Shown here piece by piece: positions 51,833 to 60,939 of a stretch of 64,000 bases of DNA. A program made the translations under genes and the position numbers. The notes beneath the pieces were generated by a model. The model searched no databases and had not been told where the DNA came from. It saw nothing but the letters and a program-made list of their open reading frames with translations. The DNA is taken from positions 32,001-96,000 of the forward strand of contig JANNWY010000170.1 of NCBI GenBank assembly GCA_031409335.1, given 5' to 3'. Source of the stretch: Chthoniobacteraceae bacterium (GTDB taxonomy: Bacteria; Verrucomicrobiota; Verrucomicrobiia; Chthoniobacterales; Chthoniobacteraceae). Every line of letters starts with the position of its first letter. The stretch's first letter is position 1.

Positions 51833-52092
51833 TCTTTTGCGGGAATGCGCTTTGGAGAATAGATTCCCTCCTCGGATAGATACCGCTGAATGCGAAGACG
51901 CCGCTGCCATTGGCGCTGACGTTCCTCCAGCGAAGCGTCCGGAAACTGCATGTCCACTCCATCGCGACTTACCGAATAAGCGAAATCCGTGATTTCAAAC
52001 GTGCCGAGAAATCGTCGTTCAAGGCTTTGCGCCCGCGCATCCAGAATTTGCTCCCGGTAAAGCTGATCGATCAACGGCTGGAACTCGTTCAT
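51829..52092 (-). CDS. Small helical protein, partner of the nucleotidyltransferase (antitoxin-like)
   Basis: 87-aa ORF translationally coupled (ATGA) to the NTase gene. Confidence 0.55.
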   Translation of the reverse strand: MNEFQPLIDQLYREQILDARAQSLERRFLGTFEITDFAYSVSRDGVDMQFPDASLEERQRQWQRRLRIQRYLSEEGIYSPKRIPAKE

Positions 52093-52181
52093 TTCCGCGA
52101 AGATTGCTTCCTTCGTCGCGGAACTCAATCGCAGACTCGCCTTCCGCCGACGCCTTCGCGTAAAAGCCGCGGCTCAAATCC

Positions 52182-53468
52182 ATGCGTTACTCACCAATCG
52201 ACCCAACTCTCTTCACCGAAAACCGCGCCCGTCTCAAGGCGCTCATGGAACCGCGCACCCTCGCGGTGGTGAATGCGAACGACATTCCCCCGACGAATGC
52301 CGATGGCACGATGCGGCTCGTTCAGAACTCGGACCTGTTTTACCTCACGGGCGTCGATCAGGAGGAAAGCGTGCTCGTGCTCTTTCCGGACGCGGTCGAT
52401 GAGAAGCAGCGCGAGATTCTTTTTCTGCGCGAGTCGAGCGAGCTGATCGCGATTTGGGAAGGCCACAAGCTCACCAAGGAAGAGGCGCAGAAACGCACGG
52501 GGATCAAGGAAGTGCGCTGGCTCACGGAGTTCCCCGTGCTGCTCCGGCAGCTCATGTGCGAATGCAGCGCGGTGTATCTGAATTCCAACGAACACAGCCG
52601 CGCGCAGCTCGTCGTCGAGACCCGCGATGCGCGGTTCATTCGCGAAACCCAGCGGCGGTTTCCCTTGCACCGATATCTCCGGCTCGCGCCGCTGATGCAC
52701 GGGCTGCGGCTCGTGAAATCGGCGCACGAAATCGACATGATCCGCAAGGCCTGCGCGCTGACGGAGAAAGGATTCCGGCGCGTCGCGAAATTCACGCAGC
52801 CCGGCGTGAACGAGATGGAGATCGAGGCGGAGTTTGCGCATGAGTTCATCCGCGGCGGCGGGAAATTTGCGTATGGGCCGATCATCGCGTCGGGCTCGAA
52901 TGCGTGCGCGCTGCATTACGAGGACAACGATCAGCGCTGCAAGAAGGGCCAGCTTCTGCTGCTCGATGTCGCGGCGAGCTACGGCAATTACATGTCCGAC
53001 CTGACGCGCACGATCCCGGTGAGCGGCAAGTTTTCGCGCCGGCAAAAGGAGATCTATCTCGCCGTCCTGCGCGTCCTGCGCGGCACGATCGCGCTCGCCG
53101 TCCCCGGCAAGATGCCAAAGGCGTGGCAGAAGGAAGCCGAGGCGCTGATGGAGAAAGAGCTGCTCGATCTCGGGCTGCTCAAACCTTCCGAAATCAAAAA
53201 GCAGGATCCCGACAAACCGGCGCTCAAAAAATATTTCATGCACGGAGTCGGCCATCCGATGGGCCTCGATGTCCACGATGTCACGCTCGCCCATCTGCCC
53301 TTTCAGGAAGGCTGGGTGCTCACCGTCGAGCCCGGCATTTACCTGAAGGATGAAGGCTTCGCGGTGCGCCTTGAAGACGACATCCTCGTGACTGCGCGCG
53401 GGCCGGTGAACTTGATGGAAAACATCCCGATCGAGCCTGGCGACATTGAGGATTTGATGAATCGCTGA
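52182..53468 (+). CDS. pepP: Xaa-Pro aminopeptidase (M24B)
   Basis: QNSDLFYLTG, LHY, SDLTRT, HGVGHPMGLDVHD, TVEPGIY, RLEDD. Confidence 0.92.
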   Translation: MRYSPIDPTLFTENRARLKALMEPRTLAVVNANDIPPTNADGTMRLVQNSDLFYLTGVDQEESVLVLFPDAVDEKQREILFLRESSELIAIWEGHKLTKEEAQKRTGIKEVRWLTEFPVLLRQLMCECSAVYLNSNEHSRAQLVVETRDARFIRETQRRFPLHRYLRLAPLMHGLRLVKSAHEIDMIRKACALTEKGFRRVAKFTQPGVNEMEIEAEFAHEFIRGGGKFAYGPIIASGSNACALHYEDNDQRCKKGQLLLLDVAASYGNYMSDLTRTIPVSGKFSRRQKEIYLAVLRVLRGTIALAVPGKMPKAWQKEAEALMEKELLDLGLLKPSEIKKQDPDKPALKKYFMHGVGHPMGLDVHDVTLAHLPFQEGWVLTVEPGIYLKDEGFAVRLEDDILVTARGPVNLMENIPIEPGDIEDLMNR

Positions 53469-53487
53469 GCGGCATCGGGAACTCGCC

Positions 53488-53964
53488 GTGACGGTTCTTT
53501 CGCCAATGCGCCCGGAGGCGTTTGATGCCTACTTGAGCGAGGCGATCGAGGGATACGCCGTGGACAATGTTGCCGCGGGGCGTTGGCCGCGGGAGGGGGC
53601 GATCGAGCGTTCGCGCGCGGACTTCGAGAGTTCCCTGCCGCGAGGGCTCGCGACGCCGGATCACTATCTTTATGAAATCAAGGCAGCCGAGGATGGCCCA
53701 ATCGTGGGAGCCATTTGGTTTGCGGTCATCGCGCGCAATGGGATTCGCTCGGCGTTTGTGTACGATCTCGAAATCAAAACCGAGTGGCGTCGCCAGGGCC
53801 ATGCGACGCGCGCCATCCAAGCGCTGGAGCCGATCGTGAGCGCGCTGGGCCTGTCCTCGATTGGCCTTCACGTCTTTGCTCAAAACGCGGGCGCGCAGGC
53901 TTTGTACGCGGGCCTCGGCTATGGCGTGACCGGCTTCAATATGACGAAGCGGCTCGGTGAATAG
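53488..53964 (+). CDS. GNAT acetyltransferase
   Basis: WRRQGHA motif A, NAGAQALYAGLGY. Confidence 0.88.
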   Translation: MTVLSPMRPEAFDAYLSEAIEGYAVDNVAAGRWPREGAIERSRADFESSLPRGLATPDHYLYEIKAAEDGPIVGAIWFAVIARNGIRSAFVYDLEIKTEWRRQGHATRAIQALEPIVSALGLSSIGLHVFAQNAGAQALYAGLGYGVTGFNMTKRLGE

Positions 53965-53976
53965 CGTCCCGCAATC

Positions 53977-55245
53977 CTACGGCGCGACGTTCACATTGAA
54001 CGGCGCAAAGATCATTTTTCCCTCGACGAGCACCTGGCAGAAGACCCGGAGGAATCCCGGACGCAGCGGGTAAAATTTGAAGCCGAGCACCGGTCCGCCG
54101 CGGAGGTCGTCGCGCGTGACGTCGCCACCTTCGGGGTGGAGGTGGACGACGGTGCGGTAGTCGTCGTAGAAGCCGACGAGGTGGCAGAAGGCGTTCATCA
54201 CGGGCTCGAGTTTGCGGACCGGTTTGCCGGCGGCGTCGGTGATTTCGATTTGCATGATGCGGACCTGTTTGGCGCGGGGCAGCGCGCCGTTTTCAAAGGT
54301 GAGCCGGAAATTCAGACCACCGGCCTGGCTCGAGAAGCGGCCGGACATGTCGCCGATGGAATCCGGCGTGCCGCTGCCGGGAAGTTCGACGGCGGGATAC
54401 TCCTGCACGCCGCTGTCGGCGGGGACGAGGTCGGCCCAGATGCGGTAGCTGGAGCTTTTTTTCGGGATGAAGGAGAAGGCGTATTCGCCGGGAACATCGG
54501 TGGGGACGGGGTGCTCGTGGTGGTAGTCGGTGAGGCCGGGGTCCACGATGAGGAGATGGATGGGCTCGGTGTGCATGACGAGGAGGTCTTTGATGAGGAC
54601 GGGGGTGCCGTCGCGGCGCTGGATTTGCACTTTGATGTCGGCCTTCTTGCCGGCTTCGAGCGGGCCGGTGGCGAGAGCTTTCAAAAGCATGGTGGGCTCG
54701 CCGGGCGGGACGTAGATGAAGGAGTAAGGGATGCGGCGCTTGAGCATGTCCATGCCGCATTTTGCGCAGGGCGTGGTGTGGTTCGGTGCGACGCATTCGG
54801 GGTGCATCGGGCAGAGCGAGATTTCGGTGGCGACGATCTTCGGGTCGAATTGCGCGGCCATTTTCGCGATCACTTCGCGCAGTTCATCGAAGGCTTTGCG
54901 CGTGCCATCGCGGTCCTTGCCGGTGCTGGCGATGGCGATGTTGTTGATGAGGGCGAGGCCGCGGACGGACTGGGCTTTGAGTTCGGCGCTGCGCTCGGGC
55001 GGCGTGGTTTCCATGGCGAGCCTGCGCAGTGCGGGGCTGCAGAGGGAGACTTGGACTTGGATTTCGGCGAGGCGCTCTTCCTTGAGCAGTCGTTCGATAT
55101 TCGCGGTGGCGAGGCCGATGACGTTCCATGCCTCGGGCGCGGTGGGTGGGTCGAGGACATTCAGTGGCACGGCGACGTCGGCCCTGGCATTTACGAAGAG
55201 GCTGGCAACGATCGCGAAGAGTCGGAGGAGAGGCGCGGGTTTCAT
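53977..55245 (-). CDS. Secreted heavy-metal-binding protein
   Basis: CPMHPE...CAKCGMDM, two His-rich modules (MH..IHL..YHHEHP; CHLVG..VHLHP). Confidence 0.75.
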   Translation of the reverse strand: MKPAPLLRLFAIVASLFVNARADVAVPLNVLDPPTAPEAWNVIGLATANIERLLKEERLAEIQVQVSLCSPALRRLAMETTPPERSAELKAQSVRGLALINNIAIASTGKDRDGTRKAFDELREVIAKMAAQFDPKIVATEISLCPMHPECVAPNHTTPCAKCGMDMLKRRIPYSFIYVPPGEPTMLLKALATGPLEAGKKADIKVQIQRRDGTPVLIKDLLVMHTEPIHLLIVDPGLTDYHHEHPVPTDVPGEYAFSFIPKKSSSYRIWADLVPADSGVQEYPAVELPGSGTPDSIGDMSGRFSSQAGGLNFRLTFENGALPRAKQVRIMQIEITDAAGKPVRKLEPVMNAFCHLVGFYDDYRTVVHLHPEGGDVTRDDLRGGPVLGFKFYPLRPGFLRVFCQVLVEGKMIFAPFNVNVAP

Positions 55246-55313
55246 GGGAAGCAAAAACGCTTCGCACGCGAGACCGCGAATGGGAAGCCGCTTCCCGAGG
55301 CGGGCGCGCTCCG

Positions 55314-55970
55314 TCAGCGGGAGTTTCCGTTCGATGCGAGGACCGCACGGCGGTTCAGCTCCGCGCCGTCTTTGAGCCGGAGCTTGTCCCTGATCCGCTG
55401 CCGGTGCGTCTCGATCGTCTTCACGCTCACACCTAATTCCAAAGCGATCGCGCGTCCTGAGCGGCCCGCGCCCAGCATCTGGAAAACCTGCCGCTCGCGC
55501 TGCGAAAGCACCCCGGTTTCATCGCCGCTCAACTGCACCGCACCGCACGCGAGTTTTTCCAGCAGCACATCCTCGACGCACGGCCCGACATGCCGCTCGC
55601 CTTTCACCGCACCCACGATCGCGGCCATGACCGCCGCCAGCGGATCGCGCCGCGTGACGTATCCGCACACACCCGCCTGAAACGCGCGCTGCACGCTCAA
55701 AGCATCCTCCAGCGCGGTGAACGCGACCACATTCGGACGCGCCTTCGAGCGCCTCAGCTCCGCGATGAAATGCACCCCGTCGCCCAGCGCGGGATCGACC
55801 ACGACGACCTCCGGTTTCAGTCTGGAAGCCATTTCGCGGGCGACCGCCAGCGAGTCCGTCTCCCCCGCCACGCGCAGCAGCGCATGTGAACCGATCAACT
55901 GCACCATCCCAAATCGCGCGACCGCTTCCGCGTCCACGACGAGCACATTTGCTTTCCGAGAGTTAGGCAT
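55314..55970 (-). CDS. NarL/LuxR-family response regulator
   Basis: Receiver fold plus LSQRERQVF...IALELGVSVKTIETHR HTH. Confidence 0.88.
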   Translation of the reverse strand: MPNSRKANVLVVDAEAVARFGMVQLIGSHALLRVAGETDSLAVAREMASRLKPEVVVVDPALGDGVHFIAELRRSKARPNVVAFTALEDALSVQRAFQAGVCGYVTRRDPLAAVMAAIVGAVKGERHVGPCVEDVLLEKLACGAVQLSGDETGVLSQRERQVFQMLGAGRSGRAIALELGVSVKTIETHRQRIRDKLRLKDGAELNRRAVLASNGNSR

Positions 55971-56109
55971 ATTGGAGTCCTCCGAGTCAAAAGGGTTGTA
56001 GGACATCTCCCGACGCGAAATCAAGGCGCGTTGTAAGAAAATTCGCGACACGCCCACGGGTGCCCAGTCCCGCCAGACGCCCGACAGAAAATGAAGGAGC
56101 GAGCCCGAT

Positions 56110-56126
56110 ATGCAACCCCGCCGCCA
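56110..56126 (-). promoter_or_regulatory. Candidate sigma-54 promoter for the response regulator
   Basis: Minus strand TGGC-GGCGGGG-TTGCAT (TGGC-N7-TTGC). Confidence 0.35.
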
Positions 56127-56320
56127 TCCGCTCTACTCCGGCCCGTGACGAGGAAAGCAATGACCCAAACATCGGGAAGACCATCCGGCAGCACTGAGCG
56201 CATCGCGTGGAAACGCGGTGGCGACTTTCTCCCGGCCCGCGCAAGCGCCGAATCATGGCCGGACGGCCCGGCCCAGTTCGCGCCGCACTTTCATCACTCC
56301 ACAATCAACCCGCTAAAATC

Positions 56321-57721
56321 ATGAACATCATCCGCTATTGGAACGATCTCTCCCAGCGCCTCGTCGCCGACGACCACACCGGCAGCCCTGCTCCCGCCAA
56401 TCGCGGCGGTCCCGTGCAGACCAGCTACGCCCTCGCGCTCCTGCACCTCGCGCTGCACGATACCGTGGCGAAAACCGGCGGCGGCTTTTCACCTTACCTC
56501 ACCACGCACGGCGCGGCCACGGCGGGCACCATGCAGGCGGAGGCGCTCACGGGAGCCTTCACCCGCATGGCCACGGAAATGTATCCGGCGCACAGCGCGA
56601 CCATCACGGCAGCGCGGGAAGGTGCGCGCAATGCGCTCGGCAGCGCTGGCATGTATCCCAACGACTCGGAGAAATACGGCATCGCCATCGCGCAAAAGCT
56701 CATCGATGCCCGCATCGGGGATGGGACGCAGGTGATGGAGACTTACCAATTTGGCAATGAGCCGGGCGAGCACCGGCCCGACCCGGCGCAACCCGGCCAG
56801 GGTGCCCTCGGCAGCAAGTGGGGAGGGGTGACGCCTTTCACCTACGCCAAAGGCAAACACCCGCACATCCCCGGCCCGCCGGCGCTCCAGAGTGCGGCCT
56901 ACCTGGCGGCTTACAACCAAGTCTATTCCGAAGGCCGGAGCGACCTCGCGCTGCGTAAGCCACAGCAGGCCATGATGGGGGTCTTTTGGGGTTACGATGG
57001 GCCGCAAAAACTCGGCACGCCGCCGCGCCTTTACAACCAGGTCGTCCGCGCCATCTCCGATCCGCTCAACCTCAGCCTCGCCGACGAGGTGCGGCTGCTC
57101 ACGCTCATCAATGTGGGCATGGCCGATGCCGGGATCGCGTGCTGGTACCATAAATACGAATGCAATTTCTGGCGACCCGTGGTCGGCATCCGCGAGGCCG
57201 CGTACGGAGCGGGCCCGAGCGAGCGGGGAGATACTTACGCAAAGACGGCGGGCGATCCTTTCTGGCTCCCGCTCGGCCTCCCGCACACGAACGCCGCGCG
57301 CCCAGCCCACTGCACGCCCGGCTTTCCCGCCTACCCGTCCGGCCACAGCACGTTTGGCGCGACCGCCTTTTTGCTCGCGGCAAAATTCCTCGGGGCCAAG
57401 CCGGAAAAGATCAAATTCGATTTCGTCTCGGATGAATTCAACGGCGTCAACCGCGACGACCACGGCGTGATTCGCCCGCGGCTGCGGCGCAGCTTCACGC
57501 TGGCCAGCGCCATCGAGGAAAACGCGGACAGCCGCATCTACCTCGGCGTGCATTGGAAATTCGACGCCACCGACGGCATCAAACTCGCCAAACAATTGAT
57601 CGACGGCATCGACGCCAAATTTGGCAAACCCCGCGCGCCGCAAGGCTGCCTGACCCGCGCGAGCAAGGCCGGCCCCGAGTCGCTCCCGCCGCAGACCTCC
57701 GTGCGCCAGCAGATGCGCTAA
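56321..57721 (+). CDS. Vanadium-dependent haloperoxidase (chloroperoxidase-like)
   Basis: WYHKYECNFWRP, FPAYPSGHS and SRIYLGVHWKFD vanadate motifs, N-terminal GPVQTSYALALLHLALHD. No signal peptide. Confidence 0.85.
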   Translation: MNIIRYWNDLSQRLVADDHTGSPAPANRGGPVQTSYALALLHLALHDTVAKTGGGFSPYLTTHGAATAGTMQAEALTGAFTRMATEMYPAHSATITAAREGARNALGSAGMYPNDSEKYGIAIAQKLIDARIGDGTQVMETYQFGNEPGEHRPDPAQPGQGALGSKWGGVTPFTYAKGKHPHIPGPPALQSAAYLAAYNQVYSEGRSDLALRKPQQAMMGVFWGYDGPQKLGTPPRLYNQVVRAISDPLNLSLADEVRLLTLINVGMADAGIACWYHKYECNFWRPVVGIREAAYGAGPSERGDTYAKTAGDPFWLPLGLPHTNAARPAHCTPGFPAYPSGHSTFGATAFLLAAKFLGAKPEKIKFDFVSDEFNGVNRDDHGVIRPRLRRSFTLASAIEENADSRIYLGVHWKFDATDGIKLAKQLIDGIDAKFGKPRAPQGCLTRASKAGPESLPPQTSVRQQMR

Positions 57722-57761
57722 GACAGCCAGGCCACCGAACCAGTCAGCCAGTTAGAAAGCC

Positions 57762-59615
57762 ATGCCCAAGTCCATTACCGTCGAGGCTCTCAAAACGTAC
57801 GTGCGCAACGAAGCGTCGTACTTTTTGGACAAGCCCAACGTCACCTCCATCGGAGTCGGCTACAAACAGGTCGGCGGGAAAGCGACCAGGGAACTTTGCA
57901 TCCAGCTCACCGTGGGTGAAAAATCCGCGCCCGAGCGACTCGAATCGCTGGGCGTGGAGGCGCTGCCGAAAAAGCTCGTCGTCGGCGGCATCGAAGTGCC
58001 CACCGATGTGATCGAGCGCAGCTACGACGCCCACCTGCGTCCGCAGGCCGCGCCGCGCAAACCCGATCGCAAGAAGCGCCTCGACCCGATCGTGCCGGGC
58101 ATCAGCATCGCGCATGTCGATGTCACCGCTGGCACCGTCGGCGCGGTCGTCTATGATGCGCGCACCGGCGCGCCGTACGTGCTTTCCAACTGGCACGTCC
58201 TCCACGGCGACACGGGCGGCATCGGCGACCCAATCTCGCAGCCCGGCTCCTTCGATGACAACCGCGTGCAGCAAAACCTCTACGGTCATCTCGTGCGCAG
58301 CCACCTCGGTGCCGCAGGCGACTGCGCCATCGCCACCATCGAAGGCCGCCAGCTCGCGCCAGAAATCCTCGGCCTCGGCGTCGCCGTGGACCGGATCGCC
58401 GAGCCCGCGCTCGGGGACAAAGTGATGAAGTCCGGCCGCACCACCGAAATCACGCACGGCATCGTCGCCCGCGTCCACGTCACCGTGCGGATCGATTACG
58501 GCGCGGCGGGGAGTCACGACATCGGCGGCTTTGAAATCCAGCCCGACCCAGCGCATCCCGCCCGCGACGGCGAGATCAGCATGGGCGGCGACTCCGGCGC
58601 GGCGTGGGTGGGCAGCGAGCGGGGGAAAGCCACGAGCACCATGGTTGGCCTGCACTTCGCCGGCGAAGTCGGCAACGCCCCCGAACACGCGCTGGCGTGT
58701 TATGCCGGTTCCGTCTTCCAAAAACTCGAGATCGTCCCGAAGCGTCCGGAGGCTCGCGACATCGAGCCGGACAGCGGCCGCGGCTTCGCCACCGCCTTCC
58801 TCGCCCGCCCCGTGGCGCTCCCGCAGCCCGCATCGCGGAGCGTGGAAAACGACCTCGTCGTCGTGAACGGTCGCGCGGTCGTGGACTACACCCACTTCTC
58901 GCTGGCGATGAGCAAAAGCCGACGCTTCGCCCGCTGGGTCGCGTGGAACATCGACGGCGGCTCCATGAAGCGCATCAGCCGCGACGGCATCCCCTTCATC
59001 AAGGATCCCGGCGTGCCCGCGCAATTCCAGATCGGCAACGAACTTTACTCGAACAACCCGCTCGACCGCGGCCACATCGCGCGCCGGCAAGATTTGCTGT
59101 GGGGATCGCTGGCCGAAGCCGAACGCGCGAACACCGACTCGTCTTTTTACACGAACATCACGCCCCAGCATTCCGCCTTCAATCAATCCGGCGCCCGCGC
59201 CATCTGGGGCGAACTCGAAAACGCCATCTTCGACGATGTCGCTGTCGCCGACCTGCGCGTCAGCGCCATCGGCGGGCCGATCTTCGGCGACCGCGATCCC
59301 GAATACCGACAGGTAAAGCTGCCGCGCGAATTCTTCAAAATCCTCTACTGGCGCGAGCGCGGAAGCGACGCCCTCAGTGCCAAAGGCTACGTGCTCACGC
59401 AGGCCGACCTCATCAATGAACTCGAAGCGCTCGAACTCCCCGAGTTCGCAGTCTTCGAGGTCCCCATCGGCGAAATCGGCCGCCGCAGCGGCCTGGTCCT
59501 CCCCGCCGCCAGCGCACCCCAAGCCGCTGCGGGCCGCGCGCGCGCCGCCAAAGCCGAGGCGGATGAAAGGCCGGGAATCCGCCGCGTGGGGTCGGTAAGG
59601 GAGATCGTCGGATAA
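57762..59615 (+). CDS. Trypsin-like (NAL1-type) serine protease fused to DNA/RNA non-specific (EndoG/NucA) endonuclease
   Basis: Triad LSNWHV / DCAIA / GGDSGA. Nuclease motifs YTHFS, LDRGHIARR, TNITPQ, FNQ, WGELE. Confidence 0.88.
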   Translation: MPKSITVEALKTYVRNEASYFLDKPNVTSIGVGYKQVGGKATRELCIQLTVGEKSAPERLESLGVEALPKKLVVGGIEVPTDVIERSYDAHLRPQAAPRKPDRKKRLDPIVPGISIAHVDVTAGTVGAVVYDARTGAPYVLSNWHVLHGDTGGIGDPISQPGSFDDNRVQQNLYGHLVRSHLGAAGDCAIATIEGRQLAPEILGLGVAVDRIAEPALGDKVMKSGRTTEITHGIVARVHVTVRIDYGAAGSHDIGGFEIQPDPAHPARDGEISMGGDSGAAWVGSERGKATSTMVGLHFAGEVGNAPEHALACYAGSVFQKLEIVPKRPEARDIEPDSGRGFATAFLARPVALPQPASRSVENDLVVVNGRAVVDYTHFSLAMSKSRRFARWVAWNIDGGSMKRISRDGIPFIKDPGVPAQFQIGNELYSNNPLDRGHIARRQDLLWGSLAEAERANTDSSFYTNITPQHSAFNQSGARAIWGELENAIFDDVAVADLRVSAIGGPIFGDRDPEYRQVKLPREFFKILYWRERGSDALSAKGYVLTQADLINELEALELPEFAVFEVPIGEIGRRSGLVLPAASAPQAAAGRARAAKAEADERPGIRRVGSVREIVG

Positions 59616-59685
59616 AACCAGCGTTTCTTCACTTTCACAGCTTCGTTTCACATCTATGCACACGATCCAGAGTCTAGTTTGACAT

Positions 59686-60939
59686 ATGAAAGCAACCCCA
59701 AAAAGCCGACTCTTTTCGCTCCTAGCACAACTATGCCGGTCCCGCCCTCTCGCATGGCTCATCCTAGCGATTCCGATGGCGGGTTGTCTCTCAACGATGA
59801 CCACGCGCCAACTCGGTGCGGAAGATCCCGTCGGCAATCACGGGGTTGAGCGGAGCCGAAACGGAGTGGGCTACAATCTGCCTTCCGGGCGGATTAAGAT
59901 AACGGCGGTGAAACAGCCTGGACAGACGCCGACGATCACGGTCGAGACACAGTATGTGAGTGATCCGAGCTATGCGTTGACTCTCTCGCCAAAGGCATCA
60001 GGTATGGCGGATGAGGACGTGAGCATCGATAAGGAGCCGGGAACGGAATTGCTTAAGAAGATCACTGCAAATTATACCGATAAGACTGGCGAGGTGGTCG
60101 AAACCTTGGTGAAGACAGGAGTGAAAGCGTTCCAGCTTGCCCACGGCATCCTCCCCGCTCAAAAGGAGCGCGCGATGCTGGGGCAAACGGAGCGAATGGC
60201 GGAGCGGTTCTACTCCTTCACATGGGAGTTCCATCCATTTGATCAGCGTCAGCTCGCTGCGGCCAAGGCGCTATTTCGCAAGCATGACTTGACCCTGGAT
60301 TTCCGCGGGCGGCTCAGCACACGCACGCATAACTATTCTGAAATCCCAACGGATAACCGGCGCGTCTATTACCGCACCCTGCTGCCTTACCAACTCGTCG
60401 TCCAAGACCCGCTGTCGAACAGCTATCACGCGGCGACTGTAATGCTGCCGGACGAGTCGCCCATTCTTTCGCTGGATGTGCGCCGAGCACTCTTTGTAGC
60501 AAAGGTCAATGAAGTAACCTTCGACCACGGAATGCTGACGGCAGTACATACCGTCAAGCCAAGCGAGGTGCTGGCGATGACCAAGACGCTAGGGAACATC
60601 GTGGACCAGATCGCCGCACTTTCGCCGATCCAGATCAAGATCGACCAGTCATCCGCACGCTCCGCCTTACTTCAGCAGCAGACGGCTGAAATCACGCAGC
60701 GTGGCAGCCAATTCGACGCGATGCTCGCGGCAATAAACTCAAAGCAGACATTTACCACCCGCGAGGATGAGATTCGCCGCCAGGCCGAGGAGGCCAAGGC
60801 ACAAGCGGAACGCAGCAAACGCAGCGCGCAGGACGAACGCGCCAAACGCGAGGACGCTGGCCAGAGCCTGAAGGCGTCGATGGATCGGGAGGCGGCGGCG
60901 CGCAAGGAACTTGAAGCATACAAAATGTTGCATCCATGA
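59686..60939 (+). CDS. Lipoprotein with duplicated beta-rich domain and coiled-coil tail
   Basis: Lipobox MAG-C, two similar GVGYNLP/RVYYRTL modules, charged coiled coil. Confidence 0.65.
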   Translation: MKATPKSRLFSLLAQLCRSRPLAWLILAIPMAGCLSTMTTRQLGAEDPVGNHGVERSRNGVGYNLPSGRIKITAVKQPGQTPTITVETQYVSDPSYALTLSPKASGMADEDVSIDKEPGTELLKKITANYTDKTGEVVETLVKTGVKAFQLAHGILPAQKERAMLGQTERMAERFYSFTWEFHPFDQRQLAAAKALFRKHDLTLDFRGRLSTRTHNYSEIPTDNRRVYYRTLLPYQLVVQDPLSNSYHAATVMLPDESPILSLDVRRALFVAKVNEVTFDHGMLTAVHTVKPSEVLAMTKTLGNIVDQIAALSPIQIKIDQSSARSALLQQQTAEITQRGSQFDAMLAAINSKQTFTTREDEIRRQAEEAKAQAERSKRSAQDERAKREDAGQSLKASMDREAAARKELEAYKMLHP

